In this document: positions 46,034 to 56,694 of the stretch, piece by piece | Layout: each line of letters begins with the position of its first letter | How positions within the stretch are numbered: the first letter of the stretch is position 1 | Source: a virus | Length of the DNA stretch: 64,000 nucleotides | Strand: one strand, 5' to 3' | Virus record (IMG/VR): IMGVR_UViG_3300047322_000252 | Coordinates: 1 to 64,000 of that record | Translations under genes and position numbers: made by a program | The notes under the pieces: model-generated | Seen by the model: only the letters and a program-made list of their open reading frames with translations | Told to the model about the DNA's origin: nothing | Database searches by the model: none

Positions 46034-47757
46034 TGACCGTCTCGGTCCGCAACGCCGCAGCGTGGCAGACGTCACCGGCTGGGCGCCTGCTGTACATCCG
46101 GGTCAACGGGGCCTGGCGGATGTGCCTCGACGCCTGGATCAGGGGCACGCCCACGCCGGGGGCTGTAGCGCTGCCTGTGGGGACCTTCCTCGACCCGTTC
46201 GACAACGTGTCGGCTTGGAGCGCAGGTGCCAGCGTGGCCGGGGGTCGCACCGGCAACGGCTACCAGGGCACCAGTCTCTCGATCGGTAACGGTGGTGGCA
46301 CGCATGCCATCCCTGCTGGCCAGCAGGGCGACACCATCACGGTGGGCTTCGCCGCCAAGTTCACCACGCTCGCCGCCGACAACAACGTGCTCTGCTTCTA
46401 CGGCGATGCTGGGGCCACGCTGCATGTCGCTGTGCAGTTGGGCAATGCCCGGGACATCTTCGTGTGGCGGGGCGCCAGCGCTGCTCTTCTGGGCAACACG
46501 AGCAGTGGCACCGCCTACCCGGCTGCGGGCACCTGGTTCTACTGCGAGGTGCAGGTCAAGGTCCATGACACACAGGGCACGGTCGTCGTTCGGATCAACG
46601 GCACTGTGGTGCTGAACCTCATCAATCAGGACACGAAGAACGCTGGGACCGGCACCGTCATCGACACCGTGCGGCTGACCAGCGGGCACTCGGCCAACGG
46701 CGGCATCATCGATGACTTCTACCTGGCTCCAGGGGCTGCCTTCCTGGGTGACATCAACGCCAGCAGCCCGCCGAGCAATCCGCCGACGTCAGCAGACAGC
46801 ATCTGGCACAAGGTGGCCGACTACAGCGCTCCGGGTATGACGGCGCCCACCAACCTGCGGATGTACCCGGATGCGCCCTCGAACTACGGCGCTCACTCCA
46901 GTTTCCAGGTGGCGTGGGACTGGACGCTGCCCACCAATGGGCTGAACGTGGGTGACTTCCAAGTTGTGTTAACAGACTCGGCGGGGAACTGGTACCCCGG
47001 CTACCCCGTCTCGGTGGCTGCCGGGAGTCGCACCTACAACTTCACCGGGCTGAACCAGAACACGCAGTACCAGGCGTACGTGAAGGCCCGCTATGCCAGC
47101 GGTGGCCGGGCTGACTCGGCGTGGGCGGGACCGCTGCGGTGGAAGACCGGCGCTGACAGCTACGTCGTCTATGACATCCCGGTCTACGACTGGCGCAACG
47201 AGTTCGAGTACACGCCGCCCTACTACTACACCTACACGTCGGCGGCGCTGGGCGACGGCAGCACGTGGGGCTTCGGCAAGGCCATCGACGGTAACTTCTC
47301 CAGTTACTGGAACTCCGACGTCGTCACCGAACCGCTGGGGTCCACCCAAGGTGAGGGCTGGATGGTGCAGGCCCCCAGCGTTGATGGCAACGGCAACAGC
47401 TACCTCTTCACCGGCATCCGTGCGTGGACCATCAACCCGCACACGTGGTGGATCGGCATCTACTACAACAACGCCTGGCAGGGCGGGAACACCGTCTACA
47501 ACGGCAAGTACACCTCATTCCGTGTCCCTTACGCCGTGGGTGTCGATCAGGGGGCGGCGGGGACGAATCCCACCATCCGGCCCGGCAACTACCAGACCAA
47601 CTCGGGCATCTTCGTCGCTGGCCTCATGCAGGTCCCCGGGTATGACGGGTACAACTGGCGCATGGAGATGATCGAGCTTCGGCTATTACTCATGCAATGG
47701 ACACTGGTGGCGTACAACCCTCGGACGGTGGCGGCGGTCAACTCGGGGCCGTGGTAG
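46033..47757 (+). CDS. Fibre/receptor-binding protein with lectin-like and FN3 domains
   Basis: W.Y.EV...G...VRING..V lectin-like segment; YNFTGLNQNTQYQAYVKA FN3 motif. Confidence 0.75.
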   Translation: MTVSVRNAAAWQTSPAGRLLYIRVNGAWRMCLDAWIRGTPTPGAVALPVGTFLDPFDNVSAWSAGASVAGGRTGNGYQGTSLSIGNGGGTHAIPAGQQGDTITVGFAAKFTTLAADNNVLCFYGDAGATLHVAVQLGNARDIFVWRGASAALLGNTSSGTAYPAAGTWFYCEVQVKVHDTQGTVVVRINGTVVLNLINQDTKNAGTGTVIDTVRLTSGHSANGGIIDDFYLAPGAAFLGDINASSPPSNPPTSADSIWHKVADYSAPGMTAPTNLRMYPDAPSNYGAHSSFQVAWDWTLPTNGLNVGDFQVVLTDSAGNWYPGYPVSVAAGSRTYNFTGLNQNTQYQAYVKARYASGGRADSAWAGPLRWKTGADSYVVYDIPVYDWRNEFEYTPPYYYTYTSAALGDGSTWGFGKAIDGNFSSYWNSDVVTEPLGSTQGEGWMVQAPSVDGNGNSYLFTGIRAWTINPHTWWIGIYYNNAWQGGNTVYNGKYTSFRVPYAVGVDQGAAGTNPTIRPGNYQTNSGIFVAGLMQVPGYDGYNWRMEMIELRLLLMQWTLVAYNPRTVAAVNSGPW

Positions 47758-48032
47758 CCCCTCCAGAGTCGATCGAGCAGGTGGTGATCCGGCACCTCGG
47801 TGTCTCGCTGGCGCAGACTCAGGTGGACCTGGCCTTCGCTCTGGGCCGGAACGCTCTGGCCAAGGAGATGGTCAAGCGGTTCATGGACATAGCGCACGAC
47901 GACCCGGACGGCTCCGTGCTCGTGTCCCTCCCCATGCTGGGTACCCTCTACGGCGCTCTGGGCTGAGCTACGCTCCCGGCGTCGGCACCCACGCTGGGTC
48001 CGGCCCACTTGCCCAGAACAGGAGAGCCGCCC

Positions 48033-48416
48033 ATGGTGGTGCCCTCGAACCACGTCTACGTGAAGGGTGGCGGCGAACTTGTTGACGCTCTCCTGGATGT
48101 GGTGGAACGGGCAGCGACTGTTGTCACACAGTCGGCCCAAGAGGCGATCGAGGACCAGCACTCCCGGATGCAGGCGGCAGCGGCGCAGGACCCCCGGTGG
48201 GCCACCATGGCCCCGGACATCCAGTACTGGGCTGACGAGGACGGGGACCTGGCCTATGGCGTGCCCTGGCACAACCGCAGCTACGAGCAGGCGGTGCGGG
48301 TCGAGTACGGCGACACCGTGGACGCTCCCATCCCGCTCATCCGCATGGGCGTGCTCAACGGGGTGACCCAGATGGGCTGGTCCATGCGCCAGGCGTTCAT
48401 GGAGAACGGGTTCTGA
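48033..48416 (+). CDS. Putative tail completion protein
   Basis: Position; VEYG motif. Confidence 0.55.
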   Translation: MVVPSNHVYVKGGGELVDALLDVVERAATVVTQSAQEAIEDQHSRMQAAAAQDPRWATMAPDIQYWADEDGDLAYGVPWHNRSYEQAVRVEYGDTVDAPIPLIRMGVLNGVTQMGWSMRQAFMENGF

Positions 48417-49213
48417 TGGCTTCGGCTCGCACCCCCGCCCGCCCTCGCAAGGCACCCCCGCCGCCGCCCATCTACCCCGAGCACGTCGGGTTCCTCCTGG
48501 CTGAGGAAGACGCCTTGAAGGAGATGCTGGAGGCCACGGTGAGGTTGCCGGACGGCCGGGGCACCGAGAAGCCGGTGCGCACCTGGTTCCGCTTCCCCGA
48601 CTCGGCCACGCAGATCACCTACCCGTACATCACCATCGACCTCATCGGGATCGAACCGGCCTACGACCTGTGGCACTCGGAGTACGCCCTCTACCGGGAC
48701 TCCGAGGTGGAGGAGGACTCGAACACCGGGGAGGTGTCCGGCCACCGGCTGTACGACCCCTCCACGTCGCCCAACATCGGGCTGACCGATCAGGACCCGC
48801 CCGACTTCTTCTTGCGGCGCAACTATCTCCAGTACCGCCTCTTCTTCCAACTGGGCCTGTGGTGTGACAACGTCGCCCACGACCGCATCCTGACGGCCCG
48901 CATGTTCAGGGACATCGTCATGCCCCACCCCTCGTGGCTGCACTGCCCGGCCGATGGGGTGTGGAAGCGCATGGAGACGATCTCGTGGACCCCGGCCGAC
49001 ATCCCCTCGCAGGAGGGTGCCTCCAAGCGCATCTTCCGCAAGATCTACACCATCTCGGTGCAGACCGACATCCCGCAGGATCGGCTCGAACACCTGACGC
49101 TCCAGCCTCGCATCAAGAAGCTGCTGCTGCGGATGACGGACCAGCGAACAGGCGCTCAGGTACTACCCGAGGACACTGCCCAGCAATGGGAAACACTGCA
49201 TGACTGGACCTAG
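48416..49213 (+). CDS. Tail terminator-like protein
   Basis: YPYITIDL...RIFRKIYTISV; directly before the sheath gene. Confidence 0.7.
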   Translation: MASARTPARPRKAPPPPPIYPEHVGFLLAEEDALKEMLEATVRLPDGRGTEKPVRTWFRFPDSATQITYPYITIDLIGIEPAYDLWHSEYALYRDSEVEEDSNTGEVSGHRLYDPSTSPNIGLTDQDPPDFFLRRNYLQYRLFFQLGLWCDNVAHDRILTARMFRDIVMPHPSWLHCPADGVWKRMETISWTPADIPSQEGASKRIFRKIYTISVQTDIPQDRLEHLTLQPRIKKLLLRMTDQRTGAQVLPEDTAQQWETLHDWT

Positions 49214-49222
49214 GAGGTCAAC

Positions 49223-50839
49223 GTGAGTGACTACCGCCGACCGGGGGTGTACCTGGAGGAAGTCCTCCAGACCTCTCCGAACCAGACAGGTACGGCCAAC
49301 GCCGTTGCTGTCTTCGCAGGGGTGGCCCCCAAGGGACCAGCCAACGTCGCTACCAGGGTGGACTCCTGGGCCGACTATGCCCAGCAGTTCGGGGGCTTCG
49401 ACACGGTGACGGTCACGGACGGGACTGCTCCTGCCGTGGATTCGACGCTGTTGTCATATCTCCCCTACGCCGTCTTCTCGTATTACCAGAACGGGGGCCG
49501 GGTCGCCTACATCGTGCGGGTGCTGCCCACCGCTGGCGGGTCCGGGGGCACGATCGCCAAGAACCCGGTGATGGACGCTGCCACCCCCACGCCCAAGGAG
49601 GTGTTCACCGTCCAGGCCAACGGTGTGGGCAACTGGGCCGAGGACCTGCAAGTGGTTCTCGCCACCACGGTTGCGGCCTCGGCTGCCACAGGCAACCACT
49701 CGATCTTCTCCCTCCAGGTGCGCCGTATCTCGACCGGCCAGGTCTTGGAGACGTTCACCAACCTTTCGATGACCGGGGTGGCGGGTACCCGACCTGCGCT
49801 GGCAGCGATCAACGATCCGCTGGCCGGGTCGGCGTACATCACAGCGGTGGCGCCTGCGGTCGCCAATCCCACAGGCGACCCCGCTCCAGCGACGGTTCCG
49901 TTGCTGAACGGGAGCGACCCAGGCACCCCACTGGCTGCCGACCTCGTGGCCACGCCCGTCACGGACGCCATGCGGACGATCGACGCTCCTCTGCTGGTGT
50001 CGTTCCAGCCCTTCCGCAAGGCCGATGGCACCTACGTGGTGCCCCCGGCGCAGAACGTCTCGACGGCGCTCAACCAGGGCCGGGTGAACTGCTTCGTCAT
50101 CTGGGACGGCGAGGCGGCGAGTACGGGCTACGTCGCCAAGGTGACCGCCCGAGCGCAGTCGATCTCCAACAGCGACTCGTACAACGCCATCTACTGCCCC
50201 TGGATCACGGTGCCGGACCCTGCTCGTGCCGGGGGCACCATCAACATCCCGCCGTCTGGCTCTGTGCAGGGTGTGATGGCCCGCATGGACGCCACGGTCG
50301 GACCCTGGCGGTCGGCAGCCGGTCTTCCGGCTGGGTTGGCGACAGCGGTAGCGACCGAGGTGAAGTTCTCCGACACCGACCTGGGGTCGCTGAACAACGC
50401 CAACATCAACGTGATCCGGGCGGTGCAGGGCCAGGGCATCTGCATCATGGGTGCCCGCACCCGCAAGATGTACGGCCCGGATCGGTTCGTGGGTGACCGG
50501 CGCACCCTCATCTTCATCGAGGACAGCTTGAAGTTGTCAACACAGTATGCGGTCTTTGAGAATAACGACCAGCGACTGTGGACGGCGCTGAGGAACACCG
50601 CTCAGCAGATCCTCCAGCCCGTCTGGGAGCGGGGTGGCCTGGCTGGGAGCACTGCTGCCGAGGCCTACTACATCACCTGCGACAAGACGCTCAACAACCC
50701 GCAGGTCGTCCAGTCCGGAGAGGTGCGCATGGAAGTCGGCGTGGCCCTCCAGTACCCCGCCGAGTTCGTGGTCATCCGGGTCAGCCAGTTCGACTCCGGG
50801 GCCTCGGTCGCCGCTGAGTTCGCCACCCAAGCCGCATAG
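49223..50839 (+). CDS. Tail sheath protein
   Basis: RPGVYLEE N-terminus; PPSG...G; VFENND..LW; PAEFVVIR. Confidence 0.96.
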   Translation: MSDYRRPGVYLEEVLQTSPNQTGTANAVAVFAGVAPKGPANVATRVDSWADYAQQFGGFDTVTVTDGTAPAVDSTLLSYLPYAVFSYYQNGGRVAYIVRVLPTAGGSGGTIAKNPVMDAATPTPKEVFTVQANGVGNWAEDLQVVLATTVAASAATGNHSIFSLQVRRISTGQVLETFTNLSMTGVAGTRPALAAINDPLAGSAYITAVAPAVANPTGDPAPATVPLLNGSDPGTPLAADLVATPVTDAMRTIDAPLLVSFQPFRKADGTYVVPPAQNVSTALNQGRVNCFVIWDGEAASTGYVAKVTARAQSISNSDSYNAIYCPWITVPDPARAGGTINIPPSGSVQGVMARMDATVGPWRSAAGLPAGLATAVATEVKFSDTDLGSLNNANINVIRAVQGQGICIMGARTRKMYGPDRFVGDRRTLIFIEDSLKLSTQYAVFENNDQRLWTALRNTAQQILQPVWERGGLAGSTAAEAYYITCDKTLNNPQVVQSGEVRMEVGVALQYPAEFVVIRVSQFDSGASVAAEFATQAA

Positions 50840-50847
50840 GAGGAGAC

Positions 50848-51411
50848 ATGCCCTACGACGTGCGGTCCCGCACCGACCCGATGAGGAACTTCAAGTTCCA
50901 GGTGCAGATCATCCATCCCACCCTGCAATCCGCCGTCGCCAACATGGGCTTCACCAACGTGGCCGGTCTGAACATGACCACAGAGGCGATTCCCTACCGA
51001 GAAGGCGGGTGGAACACCAACCCGCACAAGCTGCCGGGGCAGACGGACTTCGGTCCGCTCACGCTCATCCAGGGGGTGATGTACACCACGCCGGGCATGT
51101 GGTTGCTGGCGAAGAACATCTTCGCCGTGCAGTGGGGTGGTGGCACGCTCGCTGCCGACACCCAGTTCCGGTTCACCACCGTCATACGGGTGCTTGATCA
51201 CCCGATCACGGTGGGGGCGGCGTCAGGCTCGCCTGCGGCGTCCTACCCACCGGACGGCGCCCGGCTGGCGTTCGTGGCGTACAACTGCTGGGTGGGGTCG
51301 GTCGCTTACAACGACCTCGACGCCATGGGCAACGCCGTGCTCATCAGCCAGATGACCATGCACCACGAGGGCTTCGACACCCTCTTCGGCCAGGATGCGA
51401 TCGCCGCCTGA
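50848..51411 (+). CDS. Tail tube protein (T4 gp19-like)
   Basis: DPMRNFKF, YREGG, KLPGQT.F..LTL..G, HEG. Confidence 0.93.
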   Translation: MPYDVRSRTDPMRNFKFQVQIIHPTLQSAVANMGFTNVAGLNMTTEAIPYREGGWNTNPHKLPGQTDFGPLTLIQGVMYTTPGMWLLAKNIFAVQWGGGTLAADTQFRFTTVIRVLDHPITVGAASGSPAASYPPDGARLAFVAYNCWVGSVAYNDLDAMGNAVLISQMTMHHEGFDTLFGQDAIAA

Positions 51412-52250
51412 TGACCGACGTCTCCTCCGATTGGCTCCAGGGCCTGCCTATCGAGCAGCAGGTCCTGGAGGTGGGCAAGATCCAGAGCGCTGTTCACGGC
51501 GAAGAGCCGTTGATGAGCGAGGCTCCCGACACCAACGTCACCCTGTTCCGGGGTGTCTTCGTCGGGAAGGACTGGGACCAGAAGGCGGCGGTCAGGGAGT
51601 TGACCGGCTCCGACGAGGAGTACATCGCCCGCATGATGGGTGGCTCCAACCCGACGCTGTACCTCAACGCCGTGCTCACCTACGGCACCGAGGTGCTGGG
51701 TCCCCACGAGCTATCCGGCCTGACCGTGCCCGAGCGCATGGCCCTCATCGACAGCCTCCTGGTGGGCGAGAAGGAACTGCTGTTCCTGAACATCCTCCGG
51801 GTGACCTACGGCGACCAGCGCACGGTGCCGGTGAAGTGCCCCACCTGTGACGCCATCAACGATGTCTCCTTCTCGATCAAGGAGGACGTCCCCATCCGGA
51901 CCATGGACGATCCCTTCGCCATGGACTACGAGTTCACCTGCCGCAACGGGGACAACATCCGGTACCGCCTGGTGAACGGTGCTGACCAGGCGGCGTCCGC
52001 ACAGAACCCTCGGGCCACCCTGCCCGAGCAGAACACCGTCCTGCTCAGCCGTGTTATCAACACAGTCAACGGCAAGCCGCTGGTGGACCCCATGCACTAC
52101 TCCCGGGACCTCGGCGCTCTCGATCGGCGCAACCTGCTGGACGCCCTGCTGACCAAGCAGCCGGGGCCGTACTTCGAGGAGGTGAAGCTGCCCTGTGCGA
52201 CGTGTGGCGCCGAAAGTCTGTTCACGCCGACCTGGGCCGACCTTCTATAG
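51411..52250 (+). CDS. T4 gp26-like baseplate hub / tail assembly chaperone
   Basis: VRELTG.DEE, two CxxC pairs; between tube and tape measure. Confidence 0.8.
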   Translation: MTDVSSDWLQGLPIEQQVLEVGKIQSAVHGEEPLMSEAPDTNVTLFRGVFVGKDWDQKAAVRELTGSDEEYIARMMGGSNPTLYLNAVLTYGTEVLGPHELSGLTVPERMALIDSLLVGEKELLFLNILRVTYGDQRTVPVKCPTCDAINDVSFSIKEDVPIRTMDDPFAMDYEFTCRNGDNIRYRLVNGADQAASAQNPRATLPEQNTVLLSRVINTVNGKPLVDPMHYSRDLGALDRRNLLDALLTKQPGPYFEEVKLPCATCGAESLFTPTWADLL

Positions 52251-52263
52251 CCCCAACCTGGCG

Positions 52264-52398
52264 ATGTTGTACGTCCACTACGACGGGATCGCCAAGCACT
52301 ACCCGGGGTGGAACCTGACCGAGATCAAGCGGATGCCCGCCAGGGAGCGAGAGTTCTGGGTCGCTCTGATCAAGTGGAGGATTGACCGGAATGGCTGA
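52264..52398 (+). CDS. Small tail assembly protein (possible frameshift extension of the upstream gene)
   Basis: GWNLTEIKRMP.RER..W motif. Confidence 0.7.
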   Translation: MLYVHYDGIAKHYPGWNLTEIKRMPAREREFWVALIKWRIDRNG

Positions 52399-55003
52399 CG
52401 GCAGCGAGCCGTACGGAGGGGGGACATTCGACTTCAACTCCGGCCGTGGCGGCGGCGGTGGGGGTCGGTTCTCTCGTGCCCTCCGTGCCTTCGGTGGCGG
52501 CTCCGCTCAGGCCTCGTTGAAGTTCGACATCCCGGGCCTCCAGCAGTTCCGGCGTGAGATCGGTGACATCACAACAGGGCTGGGCAGGCTCCGTGAGGAG
52601 TTCAACCGGCTGTCCACAGCGCCCAAGAAGTTCGCTGACGAACTAGCTCGCATCAACCGTGAGTTGGTCGCCATGAAGACCAACCTGGGCAACGCCAAGG
52701 GGGCGGGCTTCGGCACCCCGGCCACCAGCCTCATGCCCGCCTCGTCGTCCGTCTCCACCATGTCCCCGATGGCCCAGACGCCCACCACGGGCGGCATGGC
52801 AGGCAGCTTCGTCCAGGGCTTCATGGGTGGCGGCGGTATGAAGGGTGGCCTCTCTGCGCTGAGCGGCGGTGGCGGTAGCCCGCTCGCTGCCATCACCAAC
52901 ATCATCGGCAGCGCCATCCAGCAGGGCACGCAGTTGGCCATGGGGCGCTTCACCGGCAACATGGCCACGACCGGCGCCTTCGACACCTCGGGCAGCATGA
53001 TCGCCCTGTCGAGTGGTGTGTCTTCCCGGAACCAGATGGGAGCGATCTCCCGCAACGCCCCCTTCTACGGGGATCTGCCCGGCATCGGCCAGACGTTGTT
53101 ACAACAAGCTCAGATCGGTAACGTTTACGGCGGCACCGGCCTGGCTGGTGCCCGAGGCCAGCAGGCAGCAGCGAACATCCAGGGCCTCCAGGCTCTCAAC
53201 CCCGGCATGTCAGCCCAGCAGGCCGGTGGGATGCTCACGGCTCAGTCCCGGAACGTGCAGGGCATCAACCAGGCCCGGATGGTCTTCGGCAATGCCCTCA
53301 CTCCCACTGGTCCAGGTGGAGCGCCGAGGGCGCAGAAGGACATCTTCAAGGCCCTGCTGGACTCCATCGTGCGCCAGGCCCACAACGGGGTGCCCTACAA
53401 CAAGGACCAGATCATCGCCCAGCGGATGCCTGGCTCGAATCTCTACTCCTGGTTGGCCCAGACCGGCTGGGCCGACGACATGATCCAGGTGTGGTTCGAC
53501 TGGGCCATCGGCCAGGCCACCTACGACGTCACCGGCAAGAAGACCTTCGATCCCGCCCGAGACATCAACCAGGTCCGGCCCGGGGGCAAGAGCCTCGCTA
53601 CGAGTATGCAGGAGACGGAGACGAGGAACGCCCAGAAGGAAGCCAATATGGGCAACGCCCAGTACCAGTCGTACATGGACTTCCAGAGCGCTGCCAGGGG
53701 CCTCATCACCGCCCTGGAGAAGCTGGATGACACCATGAACGGCGTCTACAAGGGCATCGGCAAGGCTGGCCCTTTGGCGGGCAACGCCGGTAACGCCCTC
53801 GGCGGGGCGGTGAAGGGCGCTGGCATCGGCGCCACCATCGGCACGCTCATCGAGCCAGGCGGCGGCACGGTCATCGGTGGAGCCATCGGAGGCCTCGTCG
53901 GCGGGGCGGCGGGCTTCTTCGGCATCGGTGATCCGGGCGACAACGGCACGTCCCAGATGAACCCGGACGTGCGCAAGCGGGTCAACACCATGATGGCGGC
54001 GAACCCGGCTCTGCGGGTCAACTCGGGCTATCGCACGAGTATGCAGCAGAAGCGGCTCTACGAGTCCGGGAACCCCAACGTGGCCCGCCCTGGCCGGGGT
54101 CAGCACACCAAGGGCAACGCTGCCGACATCGGCCCGGCCTCGCAGTACGGGTGGCTGGCCAAGAACGCCAAGCGCTTCGGCCTTGACACCGCTGGGCACC
54201 TGGGTGAGCCGTGGCACGTGCAGGTGGCGGGCACCCTGAGCGGAGTCGGAGACGCTGAGTCTTTCCAGCAGTGGTCAGCCGAGACATCAGCCCAGCACAA
54301 CGCTTTCCTGGTGGCCTCGGCGTCAGCAAAGCAGGGTGCAGGTGGCTCCAGTGCGGCTGCTGTCACAGCACCGTCCATGGCCGCTGCTGCCGGTGGCTCT
54401 CCGGATGCTGTGGGCCTCGACGTGGTGGGCAAGGCCCTGTACTCCGCAGGCTTCCGGGGTGACGACCTGGTCAACATGATGGCCATCCCCTCCCGGGAGT
54501 CCAGCTACGTCCCTGGTGCGCACAACCTGAACCCCAACACTGGAGACGACTCCTGGGGCCTGTGGCAGATCAACGTGGCCCCCGGCGCCAACGGGGCCAC
54601 CTTGAAGGCGGTCACCGGCTCTGACGACCCCAACCAGTTGACCGATCCCGCCACCGCCGCCCGAGTCGCTTTCGAGATGTACAAGCGCTCCGGTAACACG
54701 CTGCGGCCGTGGGGCGGGTACAAGGGCATGTCGAACACGTACAACGTGAGCGACGATGCCATCGGCGCCGCCCGTTCGATGGCTCAGAGCCTCTGGCCCA
54801 GTGGCTACGGCGATCCCTCGGGCGGCGCTAGTGGCAATGGCGGTTCCACCAGCGTGACGCACTCGCCGGTCGTCTTCAATGCCACCTTCAACATCTCGGC
54901 TTCGGGCGGTGGCGGCGGGGCCATGGACCTTGACGGCCTGGCCCGGCAACTAGCACCCAAGATCGAGTCCGTAGTCCGTCGAGCAGTAGGGGCCACACGA
55001 TGA
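52391..55003 (+). CDS. Tape measure protein with M15 peptidase and lytic transglycosylase domains
   Basis: Gly/Ala-rich helical body; SGYR..H..G.AAD..EPWH; RES..GDDSWGLWQIN. Confidence 0.9.
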   Translation: MADGSEPYGGGTFDFNSGRGGGGGGRFSRALRAFGGGSAQASLKFDIPGLQQFRREIGDITTGLGRLREEFNRLSTAPKKFADELARINRELVAMKTNLGNAKGAGFGTPATSLMPASSSVSTMSPMAQTPTTGGMAGSFVQGFMGGGGMKGGLSALSGGGGSPLAAITNIIGSAIQQGTQLAMGRFTGNMATTGAFDTSGSMIALSSGVSSRNQMGAISRNAPFYGDLPGIGQTLLQQAQIGNVYGGTGLAGARGQQAAANIQGLQALNPGMSAQQAGGMLTAQSRNVQGINQARMVFGNALTPTGPGGAPRAQKDIFKALLDSIVRQAHNGVPYNKDQIIAQRMPGSNLYSWLAQTGWADDMIQVWFDWAIGQATYDVTGKKTFDPARDINQVRPGGKSLATSMQETETRNAQKEANMGNAQYQSYMDFQSAARGLITALEKLDDTMNGVYKGIGKAGPLAGNAGNALGGAVKGAGIGATIGTLIEPGGGTVIGGAIGGLVGGAAGFFGIGDPGDNGTSQMNPDVRKRVNTMMAANPALRVNSGYRTSMQQKRLYESGNPNVARPGRGQHTKGNAADIGPASQYGWLAKNAKRFGLDTAGHLGEPWHVQVAGTLSGVGDAESFQQWSAETSAQHNAFLVASASAKQGAGGSSAAAVTAPSMAAAAGGSPDAVGLDVVGKALYSAGFRGDDLVNMMAIPSRESSYVPGAHNLNPNTGDDSWGLWQINVAPGANGATLKAVTGSDDPNQLTDPATAARVAFEMYKRSGNTLRPWGGYKGMSNTYNVSDDAIGAARSMAQSLWPSGYGDPSGGASGNGGSTSVTHSPVVFNATFNISASGGGGGAMDLDGLARQLAPKIESVVRRAVGATR

Positions 55004-56694
55004 GCGTTGATTCCGACATCGGTTCGGGGAGTGATCGCAGCCCGAGCTACAACATCGGAGGGGCACCGCCCTACGGCTGGACGGGTACCCCGGGCTACAA
55101 CCCCTTCCAGGCTCCCAGTGAGAAGGAGACGTTCGGGGAGGTGGCGCTCTACGAGCGCATGGACTGGACAGGTGGTGTCACTGCCGACGCAGCCCAGAAG
55201 GAGTTGCAGAACCCGCCCTTCATCGGCGTGGGGAGCACCAGCGCCCGGGTTCCGGGGCACATGGCCAACAGCAGCAACCCGGCCATCCCGCACCGCATCC
55301 TGCGGGGCTACATGCGCCGCTTCGACACCAACCCGGCGAGTACTGACAACGCCTCGGACCCGTCGAAGAGCTACAAGGCCCGGCTCTTCTTCATGTGGAA
55401 CCCCCAGTTCATCGAGCGCACGTACGCAGCGCTGGAGGACATCCAGCAGTTCCTCAACCTCACCAACCAGGCCAACGGGCCGGTGAACAATGAGGACACG
55501 CAGCCGTACTTGAAGACGGAGGTGGGCTTCTCTCTGGTCTTCGACCGGCAGGAGGAGGTGAACCGCTTCCCGAACCACCCTGGCTGTCTGGTGGACCTGG
55601 CGGTGTTCGACCTGCTGTCGAGAGGTGGCTCCCCAGCCGGACAGATGACCAAGGAGGCGTTGAAGGCGCTGGACGACGCTGGTGGGACGGTGGCGGGAGG
55701 CCCGTCCAGCAAGAGCCTGATCTTCAACCCCGGCATCAAGATCGCCGTCATCTTCTCGCCCTACATCGTCTACTTCGGCAACATCATCGACGTGCGGGCC
55801 ACCTTCGAGAAGTTCTCGCACCGCATGACGCCTACTCGTATGACGCTGGACTTGAAGATGCGGCTCTACGCCTTCGGCAGCCTGAACCAGTTGAAGGCCT
55901 CGGACCAGGCAGCGGTGTCCTCTTCAGCTTCAGCAGCGGCATACCAGGCGGGGCCTCTGGGAGCAGTGGACCCCACGACGGTGACGGCCAAGAGCCAGGA
56001 CGAGAAGGACCGGCTCAACATCCAGGGGGCCAGGGACGCCATGTCCTGGGGTGAGCACTGGATCGGCAAGGTCAACTACGAGGCCGGGGCGACCCGGTGT
56101 GCGAACGCTGGAGCGGACAGCTACGACAAGCCGGACTCCAACATCCCGCTGGCCTTCGACTGCTCCAGCTTCGTGGCCCGGTGTTTCTGCGTGATCGGGT
56201 GGGGTCCCACACTGGGCATCGACCCTTGTTCTGACACCAACGGGTTCGAGACAGCGATCAAGAACAACCCCAGCGCCTGGTACGTGTACTGGTTCAGCAA
56301 CGAGATGATGCGTGCTCAGAACAACGGAAGCTCCACCAGCGCTGTGTTCACCGTGCTGACCAGTCAGATCCGGCCCGGGGACTGCATCCTGCGCTCCGGT
56401 ACCGGCCCCAACGGACACATCGCTTTCATCCATGCGGTCATCGAGGCAGGTAAGACCTACGAGATCTTGCATACCAACACCTCGAAGCCGCCCAACAACA
56501 AGGTCCACCTGGACACCTACACCCTGGACCACATCGTCAACGGCGACGGCAACAGCATGAAGCCGTACACGCACCTCATCCGGGCGCAGCCCATCCCGCT
56601 GGTGAAGCCAGCCGAGCAGAAGGCTGCCCCGAGCAACCCGGCGCCGCAGATGGTGATGGCCCGGTCCACGATCTCTCTGGCTGGGCGGTTCTGA
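55000..56694 (+). CDS. Baseplate/tube-initiator protein fused to an NlpC/P60 domain
   Basis: F.WNP...L.FDR N-domain; FDCSSFV...GHIAF. Confidence 0.75.
   Translation: MSVDSDIGSGSDRSPSYNIGGAPPYGWTGTPGYNPFQAPSEKETFGEVALYERMDWTGGVTADAAQKELQNPPFIGVGSTSARVPGHMANSSNPAIPHRILRGYMRRFDTNPASTDNASDPSKSYKARLFFMWNPQFIERTYAALEDIQQFLNLTNQANGPVNNEDTQPYLKTEVGFSLVFDRQEEVNRFPNHPGCLVDLAVFDLLSRGGSPAGQMTKEALKALDDAGGTVAGGPSSKSLIFNPGIKIAVIFSPYIVYFGNIIDVRATFEKFSHRMTPTRMTLDLKMRLYAFGSLNQLKASDQAAVSSSASAAAYQAGPLGAVDPTTVTAKSQDEKDRLNIQGARDAMSWGEHWIGKVNYEAGATRCANAGADSYDKPDSNIPLAFDCSSFVARCFCVIGWGPTLGIDPCSDTNGFETAIKNNPSAWYVYWFSNEMMRAQNNGSSTSAVFTVLTSQIRPGDCILRSGTGPNGHIAFIHAVIEAGKTYEILHTNTSKPPNNKVHLDTYTLDHIVNGDGNSMKPYTHLIRAQPIPLVKPAEQKAAPSNPAPQMVMARSTISLAGRF

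Noticed and set aside
41004-47757. Diversity-generating retroelement acting on the fibre genes
   Set aside because: No reverse transcriptase and no template/variable repeat pair seen in the window
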